Source: Zygnema circumcarinatum SAG 698-1b (taxonomy: Eukaryota; Plantae; Zygnematophyceae). Taken from it: 64,000 bases of DNA. The translations under genes were made by a program, and so were the position numbers. Location: contig CM074804.1 of NCBI GenBank assembly GCA_037447605.1, positions 8,471,909 to 8,535,908 of the forward strand. The letters run 5' to 3'. The notes beneath the pieces are model-generated. The model did not search any database, was not told where the DNA came from, and saw nothing but the letters and a program-made list of their open reading frames with translations. Below are positions 50,829 through 62,723 of the stretch, piece after piece (the first letter of the stretch is position 1; each line of letters begins with the position of its first letter).

Positions 50829-50918
50829 CAAAAAAATGTCCTCTTCCGCCTTCGTATGAAGTACGAAAATGTACGGCTTCGTACGCCCCTCTTGTACAGT
50901 ACGGAAAAGCCCAATACT

Positions 50919-51731
50919 CAGGGTTCGTCAAATAGGGGAGATCCCCTAAATATCGTAAATAGCTTATTTATGTAAGATTTTGAGATTAGTTTACGTGATT
51001 TCAACTTAAATACCACACAAGCCCCAAAAAAGCATTTTTTTGGTTAAAAACAAAAAGGAAATGAATTGCATTTGCAACCACGATAGCAATGATGTATATG
51101 AACTTTACTTGTTGGTATAACACCACGGCTATAGAAACTGGTGCAACCTCTTCGACTCTTATAGATTGGTAAATTTTACCAATCAATTAGAACAACTGTG
51201 CATTTGGCAATCACAACATATAGTTGCTTCTTCAAAAACTCAATTGCTCGGAAACTTTGTAGATCCAATCCTAAGCTCTCTATTTCCTTTTCCATCCATC
51301 ATTAATTACTCCAAGTATCACTTTAGAATCCATCATAGTCTTGAAATTTCCTCACAAAAACTCTATTCCAAATCATAACCTCTGAAATTCTAGGTGTAGT
51401 CACAAAAGAAAAACTGAAATAGGAACTAAAATTAGAAATGAAATGAAAAATGGTCTCACTCCCTTAGGAGTTTTAGGCTGAACAAGACAGCTATAGAAGT
51501 GATGCAAACTACTCAAAGGGACCTTCGAAGAGCGATCAAACTATCAAACTATTTGCAGTGAAGAATTCCTTCCAATGAAAAGTCTGTCAACCTCTTTCGA
51601 AACTCGTCTTTCTCCCATCCAATTCCTGTCTTTCTGTATTCCTGTCTCGTCCATATTTACGTGTTTTTACAAAACCAAGTTAGGGGACAGTCCCCTATCT
51701 TAAGCCGAAATCCCCTATTTGAAGAACCCTG
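50919..51731. mobile_element. hAT-like non-autonomous element (MITE), 813 bp
   Basis: TIRs CAGGGTTC(G/T)TCAAATAGGGGA, perfect 8-bp TSD CCAATACT, AT-rich non-coding interior. Confidence 0.88.
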
Positions 51732-52069
51732 CCAATACTGTACAGTCAGGGGTCCGCGTATTTACCGCCCTGAGTGCGTCCCCAAGAATTTCGCCCCGAT
51801 TTTGCCGAAACCACCTTTTTGTACGGTAACTGTGTGTTAGCCGTACTGTTCGTACTATCCGTACTAGCTGGACCCTAAAAACCCTAACGACCCCTGACTG
51901 TATGTTTGGGCCGAGGGAGGTGATCGGAAAGCAGATCTTGCCTTCTTCCTTAGTGAGGGACAGGGAGAGGGAGAGGGAGAAAGAGAAGAGGGAGGACGAT
52001 GGGGTGCTAGGGTTGAGGGCTGAGGGGGGTTCAGGGCTTAGGGTTTAGGGTTGAGCGGCGGCGGGTGCG

Positions 52070-54775
52070 ATGTTGGCCATGGCGGCGGCAGCCCCCCCCG
52101 CGAGGGTGGCGGTGCTGTACCATTACCCGTGCCCCGACGGCGCCTTCGCAGCTCTCGCGGCGTCCCTCTTCTTCCGCGCGCGGGGCGAGGCCGCGCGGTT
52201 CCTCCCCAACGCCGTGTATGCGCCGCTGCGGTGGGCGCCTTCTGCTCGCTTTGATGCGGCCCCTGCACCTCGCTTCTCAGGTTGATTTCTGTAGGGTTGG
52301 GGCTTGCGGGGTGAGGAGGCTCAGATTCTGCTGGTGGGGTTGTTTGAGGGGTTTTGGGATTTCTAGGCTTTCAATTCAGCGGTTGGTACTTATTGGAAAA
52401 TGCCTGTAGGATCTGGACCTCCTGTTTAGTTATGGTCCAAGCTTAACTCATGCAATTTAATTCTGAGCAGGTTGGAGGATTTGGACATTTTGAACACGGA
52501 GGTTTTTTATCTTCTGGACTTCGCTGGTCCTTTAGGGTTTGCAGAGAACCTCGCTCTTCAAGCTAAAAGGTAAATGCGAGTTTTTAAGAGTTAAAACTTT
52601 AATTTTGGGGTTATGAATTTTTAGGGGCTTTAAATGTTTCCTCGTTTTCCGGGCTTATTCAAGTTTCCAAAGGTTTCAGACTTGACGAAATTTTAAAGCT
52701 GAAGTGTCTTAGGGTGTTATGTGAATGGATTCACGATGAGGCCACTGCTGTTTCGCAAACTGTCATGGCCATAATAAAAAGTGCGAATACTTGTCCTTGC
52801 TGCTTAGGGTAAGTCGGAGAGTACACGCGACATTTTTGTATATCCTCTATGTCTATTAAGTCAGAGAGGGAACACTGTATGTGGGCTGCATGCAGAGTTG
52901 TGGTGTTGGACCATCATAAAACTGCTGCAGAAAACCTTCCAAAGTGCGGCGAAGGCCCGCCCAACCTTTTGTGCATTTTGGACATGGAACGCAGTGGAGC
53001 CACTGTGGCTTACGACTTCTTTTCTCGAAAACTGCAGGAGGGTCTGAAACAGGGCGAGACTGAACCCGTTCACACACACGACTGCAGTTCAAACTCGTCG
53101 ACGTTTTCAGGCGGCGATACATTGGAGGGAGATGGGCCTGTTGACACGGAAAGCGCGTGTGCTTTTGTGGAGAGGGAGAGAGAGGGGAGGGGCCTTGTGG
53201 CGGAGGAGGATCGTGCTCGAGTGGAGAAGCTTTTTGCGTATATTGAAGACGCGGATTTGTGGCGATGGAAGGTGCCGGGCTCGAAGGGGTTCAGCAGCGG
53301 GTTGAAAGATTTAGGGTTGGAGTATAATGTTCGGAAGAACAGCAACCTTTTTGATCAGGTTCGTCTGCTGTCCTGAGGGTTCCATGTTCCACTCACTACT
53401 TCGGGCCCCTTTGATGGCATGTCGTAGATTGGATGTATGTACGTTTGTGTATCTCTGTGTATGTACTTGCATGTTATGTGCGTGTATGTATGCATGTATG
53501 TACGTGTAGATGTAATGTTGTTTATGGGTTGTGGGGGTGTTGAATTTGTGGTGGGACAGCTCCTGTCGTTGGAACCAACGGAATTAGTTGAAAGTGGCAA
53601 CAAAACTATTGCAGCGAAGCAGGTCTTGATCGACGCGGCGATCCGATCTGCCTTCGTCATCCAGCTCGGAGGAGGTCGCTTTGGCTCCTGCTTGGTAAGC
53701 TGCGTCTCCATTTGTGCACCTTGAGCGGAAAGATTTTGGCAGTCTCACACTCTTTTGTAGCTCGAACCCTTCAAGTAACAAACCTTTAATACTCCTTTAA
53801 CGTGTCAAAACCTATCAGACCTCTTTAAGGTTCCTTCATCCGGGACCTTAGACCCCTAGAACTCTCCTTGAGCTCAATCCATACACACAACCTAAAGAGC
53901 GATATCCTACAAACTAGAATTTCTGATCCCCTTTGTGTCTGTGCCGACGTAAATTTTAGAATTCGGAACCCCTTTCCGCTTTTTCTGCCTCTCTCGTCCT
54001 TGTCGCAGGCTGTTGAAGGTGATGACGTGGCACATCTACGAAGTGAGCTTGGGAACCAACTCGCTGAAAGAAGCGCTGAGGCTGGTCACAGGCAAGCACT
54101 GGGGCCGAATCCCTTTCACCTTCACAACAGCCAGAGCCCTAATGTTTTGGGAACCTTCCAGAAAAGTGTGAAATGACATTTTCTGCCTTGGGTGCCTTGC
54201 AGAGCGATCGGAGCTGTAGTGTATCGGGAGAAGGGCATGCAGGATGCTTCTCTGCTGAAAGTCAGCCTTCGGAGTTTGGGCCTGGAAGAGGACACCACAG
54301 CAATTTCGCAGGTGGGAACCCCCACCTCCCTCCCTCTCTCTCGCTCTCTCTCTCTCTCTCTCCCCCCCCCCCCCCTCTATCTTTCGTGCCTTCCCTGTCC
54401 CTCTCTCTTCCCCTACCGCCCGAATCCCCACTGGGACATAAACTGAGTCGCTGTCCTGACGTCATCGACCTGCTGACATCAGAACACCTTGGACAAGGAC
54501 AAAGCTGCTCTCTTGCTCTCTTGGTTTTGAGACTTGAAGACTCACAGTTGTAATTGAAATGCACGGTCGAAAGACATGTGTTTGGGAGAACTGAATCTTT
54601 CATGTCCATGGAAGGAGGGCTCCTGAATGTGAGGAATTCAGTTCCAAATTTAAGACTTTACTTGGCGTGGGCTCTGCAGGCGTACGGAGGCGGAGGCCAT
54701 CGGAATGCTAGCTCGTTTCTGATTGGTGTAAATCAATTCTGGGAATGGAGAAGCGAACAGAGAACCCTGATTTGA
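52070..54775 (+). CDS. DHH/DHHA1-family phosphoesterase-like protein
   Basis: VLYHYPCPDGAFAAL, FYLLDFAGP, VVLDHHKTA, YIEDADLWRW, LRSELGNQLA, KVSLRS, YGGGGHRNASSF. Confidence 0.85.
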
Positions 54776-55176
54776 TTTGGGCTTATCATTGTGAAACTGC
54801 AATACGAGCACCTGGGTGTGGGTGTGGGCATTGCAGCTTCCTCCTTGTGCAAGCCATTCTTCGTACAACGACGATATAGGGACTCAATTTCTTATGTACT
54901 TGTAATGAATAAAAAAAACTTCCTTGTACACGGATTGAAGCTATGAACTAAACCATCATTTGCTTTTCCTCAAGAATGATATGTACATCGGCGGAGAGGG
55001 GGGGTGGGTCATGCGGCTATAAGGAACTTGTTCCGGAAGCACTACCTTTGATTCGGAGTTTACGACTAATTCGGCAGGACATCGTTACTGATTTCGAATT
55101 TCATATGCATGAAACTATTCTGACTCTGACCCCCCCCCCCCTTGGCAAAGCCTCAGAGCTGAGGCAGGAGGCCGGT

Positions 55177-56825
55177 TCACCCCCTCTGACTCCCGGGCCG
55201 AAAAAAGGCAACGGAGGCCTCCGATATGCGGAAGTGCAGGCGCGAATCTGCACTGTCTCCTCCATTTGCATGCAATCGTGCCGTTCTATGCGAGACTTCC
55301 ACCTGGACAAAGCATGTTGACCAAACCAGTCCTTGTAAAATCAGATTCAGCTTTAATGGGGCTTTCCACATTATAATATGATCGGTTCATGCAGAACGGT
55401 AGGCGGGAAGGCCTTCAGAAGAACTGATTCCATTAATGTCATGACGATGTTTAAAAGGACCAAAAAAGACTAACCCTAATCTCTCACTCAACTCCAGGAA
55501 AAATGGACTGACCTGTCCGTGAACATCGGAGGCAATTCCGCTGTCCAGCGGTTCAACGGCCGCGACAACATCGGCTGCATGGAGACACCCCTGCAACAGG
55601 GAAGGTTCATCCTCCGTTTCTATGTCGCTGTGTACCAAAAGCGCCACAGCACATCTCTGCACCAGAAATACAAACTGGAAACAATTACATTTTTTATGAT
55701 GTAACCCGAAACAAGTTTCAGACCTATCCCAAGTTCAAGTTCAGGTTCATCTGCTTTCATGGCAACGCTGTATTGGAAGGCCTGCTGAAAGCCCTGAAAG
55801 CTCGTAAATTCTGGAGTGTTTTAAACTTTCAAAAGGGGGGTGTTTTGGTACTCGAGCAGAATCATTCATCACTTCCTAACGCACCTCTCCGTTCAAACCC
55901 GCTCGAAGTGTTCGGCAGTAGTGCACAAAATCCAACACAGGAGACCAGCCGCCTCCAGCGACCACCTCCAGCTGGGAAGCGTCGTCAATGAGGATGCAAG
56001 TTGCCCCTCCCTCCAACATACTCCCCCCTCTTTCCGAACCCTTTGTTTGTTGGGGGCTTTCTACATTTTTGGCTGGCTGAGAGAGAGTACTTCTCAAGGC
56101 TCTGTATAACTCATACAGAGAATTCCGTTCCGTGTGTTTGCTCCCATCTGGACCGGCATCTGGCTCCCGAGGGGGAGGTGAAAATGAGCACGCAGAAGTG
56201 CTTGAAGCTGCCGCATTTGTGAAGGCATCAAGCTGCGCTGAAACGTCGAAGAAAAGGAACCTGCCGGCATCTTGAAGAGCTTGAAGGTTGTAGCCCTGCC
56301 CTGCCCAGAAACACTCCGCAAGCACAGAGGCAAACACAGAGGAGGTTTAGTCACTCCTTTATCAATAACCCTAAATGAAGTAGCTGAGTGCATGCCTTAA
56401 TACGAAACAATGACAACCACGAACCCTGAACCCCACAACCCCAAAACTCAGACTAGCACCCCTAAAATCCTGAAACTCTTCACCAGCAGCCAGGAACGGC
56501 CCCTGAAGCCTCTGTGAAAAGCAGCCACCCCAGCCCTCGTCCATTCCCACCATTCAACAGAGCATAATCAAAGTTCTGACCGGGCCTGCACCTGCTTCCT
56601 CGCCACTGCCGCGTAGTGTGCGAGCGGCTGCGCCATAGCCAGCAGGCACACCCGGTTTTGCGGAGATGCCGCCACATGGCAGCGCAACACGTGGTGCAGC
56701 AGGAAGGCCCCGCTAGCCTGCAGCGAGTCGCGGACCAACAGCACGCTGCCAGCCGCCATGGCGAAGGGCCTCCCGCCGGTAGCCCCCAGGGCGACGTCGA
56801 GAAGCGTCGCTGCGCTCCTCGCCAT
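55177..56825 (-). CDS. ELP6: Elongator complex subunit 6
   Basis: SVLLVRDSLQASGAFLLHHVL, PLAHYAAVARKQG.NL, ILIDDASQLE, VLDFVHYC, VAAVEPLDSGIASDVHGQ, LHFRISEASVAFFRPG. Confidence 0.82.
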
Positions 56826-57041
56826 GGCCGCCCACTTTGTCGCTGAACCCTGAACCCCACAGCCTCCGGCTTCCTGCCACGACAGAATCTCTCCCGCCCC
56901 TTGGCCCGAGGCCCTGAACCCTAAAACTCGGCGAAGTCTGAACCCCGAGGTTCGACCGAGCTGAAAGCCGCGCGCGCGACTCCAGCCTGAACCCTCCAAA
57001 GCGCAGGCAGACGAAAGCGAGGCGCGCGGTGCGCGGCGGCC

Positions 57042-57087
57042 ATGGTCAGTGACCTCTCGCGCCCGCGCTCCCCCCAGCCGCCCCCCT

Positions 57088-57183
<96 letters not shown>

Positions 57184-60100
57184 CCTCTCCCTCTCTCTCT
57201 CTCTCTCTCCCTCTCTCTCTCTCTCTCTCGCTCTCTTTCGCTCGCCCTCTCTCTCTCTCCCACTCCCCCACCTCCGTCGGCTTCTGCTGATACTGCTTTG
57301 TCTCGCCCTCTCCGTTCTCTTGGCTTCTTATTCTGCTTATTTCTCGGCCGTTCGTGCGTCCGCTACTTGTGCTGTTATTTCTGCCTTCATCTATGGCTGC
57401 TTCTACTTCTCCTCCTCCTCTCCCGCCCACACCTCCCAATGCTCTTATATGCTCCCCCACCTTCTACAATTCCTGCAATTGCACATCTCGTGTCTCCTGC
57501 AGCTCTTCCTCTTTCGTACCTGCTGCCGCCCTGCAGAGACTGTACATATCAGCATGTACAGGCATGCCTCTGTTGCGCTTCTATCTCCCCTTTTAGTTTC
57601 TCTTCTCTAGAAGCCATGCGCTGCTATCCGTGTGAATAAGCCTCCTCCTCCTTGACGCTGCGCGTGCAGGCCCTGTACGTGCTGTACGAGGCGGCGTCGG
57701 GGTACTCGCTGTTTGAGGCCTCTGGGCTCGACGAGATCGGGCGCAGCGCGGAGGCGGTGCAGGCTTCCGTGGCCGACCTCGAGCGCTTCGGGAAGGTGGT
57801 CAAGCTCACGGCCTTCAAGCCCTTCAGCTCCGCGGCGGATGCTCTGGAGCAGTGCAACTCCATCTCCGAAGGTGAGAGAGGGAAAGGACAGTGGAAGGAC
57901 CCCGGGGGGGGGGGGGGAGGGGGAGGGTCAGGACAATGAGAGAGGGACCAGAGATAGCATGAGGAATAGAATATGCGAGAGATTGTGACGAGCGTGGAGG
58001 TGGGATAGCGGGAGAGTAGGAGAGCGAGTGAGGAGAAGGACAGAAGGGAGTGGGAGAAATGAGGGGAGGGTGAAAGAGATAAAACAGAAGGGGGAGAGGG
58101 GAAGAATGTAAGGGAGAAGGAGAAAGTGGGCGGGGAGTGGCGCAGAGAGTTACGGGGAGAGAGATAAAGAGAGGAGCGAGGAAATGCCTTTGCGCTGCAC
58201 AATTGATTGTCGCTTCTTGAAGGCAGTAATTTTCTTGGGGTCACTGCATTTGCCGCTCTTCCGTAATGCTGAGGGTGCTTGTTGTTTGACGGCTATCAGG
58301 TTTGTTGACTCCGGAATTACAGAACTTTTTGGAGCTTAATCTCCCAAAGGTGAAGGCTGGCAAGAAGGCGAAATTCAGCTTGGGAGTTGCAGAACCAAAA
58401 TTGGGGTCTGCAATTCAGGAGACCACAAACATTCCCTGCCAGAGCAATGACTTCGTGTTGGAGTTTTTGCGCGGCATCCGCCTTCATTACAACCGCTTTC
58501 TCAAAGATCTAAAGGTATTTCAAAACTCCTGAAATTTGCAACTGGCCGTTTCTGCATTGTTTCAAGGTCTATCTCACTGTTAAGTCTTACATTTGTAGTG
58601 CAACTTTGTCTCGCTATTTTGTAGCAACTGATGGGGACTTTGGTACTAGCGTTTTTGCTCATTCCTATTTTGAATGTACTTCTTTGTGAAGTGAGAAAGG
58701 ATGTACTGCATAGAGAATTGAGCCCAATGATGAAAATCATGCTTTAACCACACTGAAGTCATGGGTCGAGTTCCTGTGTGGTACCTATGTTAAGCTACAG
58801 CTGTCAGCGAGTGGTGATTTGCAGACCCGACTGCGATGCAGCTGACAAACAGCTCATTGTTCCTCGAGCTCTGCAGTTGCTAGTCTCTGGAAGCTGTAGT
58901 GAGTTATAAAGTACCCCATGGCATCTTGGTCAGCGCTGTGGAAAACTCGGCCAAACTGAGGGCTCTGTTCACTTCGCGTTACAATCGGATCCTTTTTGTT
59001 TGTTGATGTTCTTCACCTTTGGTGTGATCACCTTTCTCGGCATTCCCTTCTCAACGATATGTAATGACGTGGTTTGGCACTCGCTGCACGAGATAAAATT
59101 CGCCTTCGTTATGTTCGGCTCTAATTCTCCTCTCTTCCTCCCCTCCCTCTCGTGTCTCGTTGTCAACTCTTTGTTTGTTTGCTCGACTTCGCATGTGGGG
59201 ATGATGAAGATGTTGAAGAACCAACCCTTCGTCTGTTCTCTTTTCACAGAAGAGATTATTTGCTTCTGTCCTGAAGCGTTGGTGGGAAGTGGAGGGGTGC
59301 AGGAGGCGGACTTACAGAGAGCGCAGTTGGGGCTGGGACATAGTTACAGCCGCTCGAAAGTGAAGTTTAATGTCAACCGAGTCGACAACATGATCATTCA
59401 GAGCATCAGTCTATTGGATACACTCGACAAAGATATCAACACCTTCTGTATGCGTGTCAGGTATCCTCTGAAAGAATCCTGCAATACCTTTTATGCTTTT
59501 TCATTGGATCACAGCATCCATGCATAACGCGGGCCAACCCGACAGCTTGAAATTGCACTCTGGGGTGCAGCTCTTGGATGCATTTCAACAGTTTCAAATT
59601 CAGCTTTGACATGTTTTTAGGTGCCTTAGATGTACTTATGCATGGAGATATACGACGAGTTGCTGAAGTCTAACTGGTTTCTCTTTAATGATGATCTGCA
59701 GAGAATGGTATTCTTGGCACTTTCCAGAGCTAGTGAAGATTGTGAATGACAATTACCTCTATGCCAAGGCAACGAACTACATCAAGGACAAGTCAAAGTT
59801 GTCAGAGTCGGCTGTGGATGAGCTCACGGAGATTTTAGGGGAGGAGGATAAAGCGAAGGAGGTTGTCGAAGCAGCGAAGGCGTCCATGGGTGGGTCCTCA
59901 CTGCTTAGTCTCGAACTTCAATACCCTGTTTTGACTTTTTTAAGACTTTTTGCTGGCTATCAAGACTTCGTGCCATAGAGATCTCAAGCAATACTGATGT
60001 ATCTTCAAGATGTTCCGGCATGAGGAAACTAGCAGTCTCACAGAGCCACCGATGTATTGTTTGGGCTGCCGTAGGGTGCAGGACAGGACATATCCGAAAT

Positions 60101-61817
60101 AGACCTTATCAACATAGAAATGTTTGCACAGCGAGTAATTGATCTTGTGGAGTATCGACGCAATTTACACTCTTACCTTGTCTCTAAAATGTCTGACGTG
60201 GCCCCAAACCTGGGAGCCCTTATTGGGGAGATGGTTGGAGCACGACTCATCGCTCATGCTGGCAGTTTGACAAATTTGGCAAAGTATCCTGCCTCAACAG
60301 TTCAGATTCTAGGAGCAGAGAAGGCACTTTTCAGGTAAAGTCTGGTTGATGGAATGTATCGCGGAGGGAGGGAGTTTTGTTTTTTCTCTTTCTGCCCTTC
60401 TCTCCGCCCCCCCCTCTCTCTCTCCCCCTCCTCCTTCCCGCCTTCCCTGTCTCTCCCTTCTCCCCCCCCCCCCCCGTCGCCCTTTCGCTACTCTTTAACT
60501 TTTTCAAGTGAAAGCCAATCTAGTTACGGAGAACTGATTGGATATAGAACTTGGGTGGGTTGGTCAGAGCGCTGAAGACCAAAGGCAATACACCAAAGTA
60601 CGGCCTAATCTTCCATTCTTCCTTCATAGGACGTGCTTCGACAAAGAATAAAGGCAGAATCTCACGTTACCTCGCCAACAAGTGCTCCATTGCCTGCCGC
60701 ATCGACTGCTTCTCTGGTTCGTTTCCGCCCATTATGTCCATCTACCACAAGAGAACTCCCATACTTCTGTATGTGCATGTCATATCCTGCTCTGATGACT
60801 TCAGCTTGTTAAAATTTAATAAAAGCTAAATCTTGATTCTTCTTCATCCCTTCTCCTGTCCCTTGGGGGCGCTTGATGGAACTGGGAGCAGAGGTGAATA
60901 CTTCTGCGTTTGGAGAAATGCTGAAGAACCAAGTGGAAGAGCGCCTGCAGTTCTATGACAAGGGCGTGGCTCCGCGTAAGAATGTGGATGCGATGAAGAC
61001 TGTCATAGACGAGTTGGCGAAACCGGCAATGGAGGCAAACTCTACTGGTGCGTTTTCTCTCACTTGCCTTCATATTGAAGGTGCCCCTCCACACCTATGG
61101 ATGCCGTTCCTGTTGCTTCGGTTACCTTCTGGATCAGTGAAGCAAATCTCACAGGCTGAAACCATCATGTAGCCTCAACATGGTATCTTTATAGATTTGA
61201 GTACTTCAGGGCAGCCCAATGATGAAATTTTGCTTTAACCACACTGAAGGAGCAGGGCAAGCCGGCACTTCCCTTGGGAGGTAGCTCTCGTCTGTCCTCT
61301 TCTTCTGTGGAAAGTATGTGGCTGCCCTGATGGTGGTGCAGCCATCCATGGCTGCCAGCTTTCAGTGCCGCCACGCGTCTCTCCGCGGGAGAGAAGGCCG
61401 GCAGAGCTGTCAGTGCGAGCGTGGTGGTGGTTTGCTCTGTGCTGTGGAAAACTCGGCCAAACTGAGGGCTGCCCTTTGTTGAGGTTTACTATTGCTCGCT
61501 CTAAGTTACTGTCCATCCTCCTCCCTCGTCCCCTCTCAGAAATGTGAGATGTGTTGTTGTTTCCATTCCTCTTTTTCCATCCTTTCCTCACAGCAGAGGA
61601 GCCAAAGAAGAAGAAAAAGAAGGCGAAAGTGGAGGAGGAAGGTGGTGAGGTCGATATGGAAGTTGCGGAGGAGCCGACAAAGAAGAAGAAGAGGGCAGCA
61701 GAGGAACTGGATGCTCCTCAGAAGAAGACGAAGAAGAAAGCGGCAGAGGCGCAGCAGAACGGGGAGGACGGGGAGGCTCCAAAGAAAAAGAAAAAAGCCA
61801 AGAAAGAGAACGACTGA
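57042..61817 (+). CDS. NOP56: Nucleolar protein 56 (box C/D snoRNP core)
   Basis: ATG-only first coding exon (ATG|GTCAGT), [90 protein letters not shown]-rich tail. Confidence 0.96.
57087..57260. repeat. (CT)n microsatellite in NOP56 intron 1
   Basis: Long imperfect CT dinucleotide run. Confidence 0.95.
58720..58965 (+). ncRNA. Long intronic box C/D RNA, copy 1 (246 nt)
   Basis: Stem GAGCCC/GGGCTC; C box ATGATGA 58727-58733; D' CTGA 58753-58756; C'-like TGTGGA; D CTGA 58956-58959; self-complementary interior. Confidence 0.85.
61208..61475 (+). ncRNA. Long intronic box C/D RNA, copy 2 (268 nt)
   Basis: 10-bp stem AGGGCAGCCC/GGGCTGCCCT; C box 61219-61225; D' 61244-61247; D 61462-61465; both guides identical to copy 1. 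Confidence 0.87.
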
Positions 61818-62723
61818 GCCGGAAGCTTAGACCATTTTTTTTCTTTTTTTTTTTTTTGGGCTTTTTGGGGGCTGTAAACTGTAGTGGCACCTTGAGCTGC
61901 TGTGCGGAAGAAAGGCTCCGCGAGGTAGGCAGGTCATAAAGGTAACGTAAAGTGAATAGTGGAGTTAACCTTGAAAGATTTTTCTGAATGAAAACCATCT
62001 TGAGTAATGCGATTTTTTTCCTTTTTTTTAAAGAGGTGAGTTATCACTTTGCCCTATAGCACGCCCTCTGTGAAGTGCGGACTGCAACCCGTTCCCATCC
62101 TCTTTTCCGAACCTGGCCTCGCATGGCTGTGTCTGATTAGAACCTTGTCTTGGCTCAAACAACTGAACTCCCACTGCACCGTTACTCGGCTTGACACATC
62201 GCATAGTTCATAAGGTTAAGATTTGCAAGAAGCAGTGTTAAGGAAATCACAACACGATGAAAGCGCACAGGTGGGCTATACCAGCTCCGTGAGGAGCGCA
62301 TTACATGCAACAAAAACCGTGAGTTCAGTGAGCGTATTATTTTGCATAGTTGGCCCAACGAGGCTTTCACACATGTCAAGTGATCCCTCCAGCAAGCAGT
62401 GCGGCCTGGAGCGCTACGCAATATCCTCACTCTATAAAAAGAGCCCCTGCTCCCTACCGCTCCTACCCTGCTCCCTTCACCAGACGCTTGAAAACATTAT
62501 CCCTCCAATAATCCCCTACAGGCCTACATTTGAAAGATTAAAGCCACTCGATACAATTCCTACACATTCCCTTCAAGTAAAGCTACAGATACACGGGTGT
62601 CAGCTTCAACCCTTCGACGATTCTTGTTGAGGAAGTGAATCCAATGAGATGGTGAGCCACCTCTCAGTACGGTAGCCATGGCCCAACAAAGGAGGAAAAA
62701 GAGAGAGAACCCGACATTACCAC

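Noticed and set aside
52070-54775. DHH phosphoesterase as a novel horizontal transfer
   Set aside because: From recollection this family is widely present in land plants, and nothing in the sequence sets this copy apart.
59500-60060. H/ACA snoRNAs in the middle NOP56 introns
   Set aside because: Some short hairpins and an ACA are present, but I could not build a convincing two-hairpin H/ACA structure by eye.
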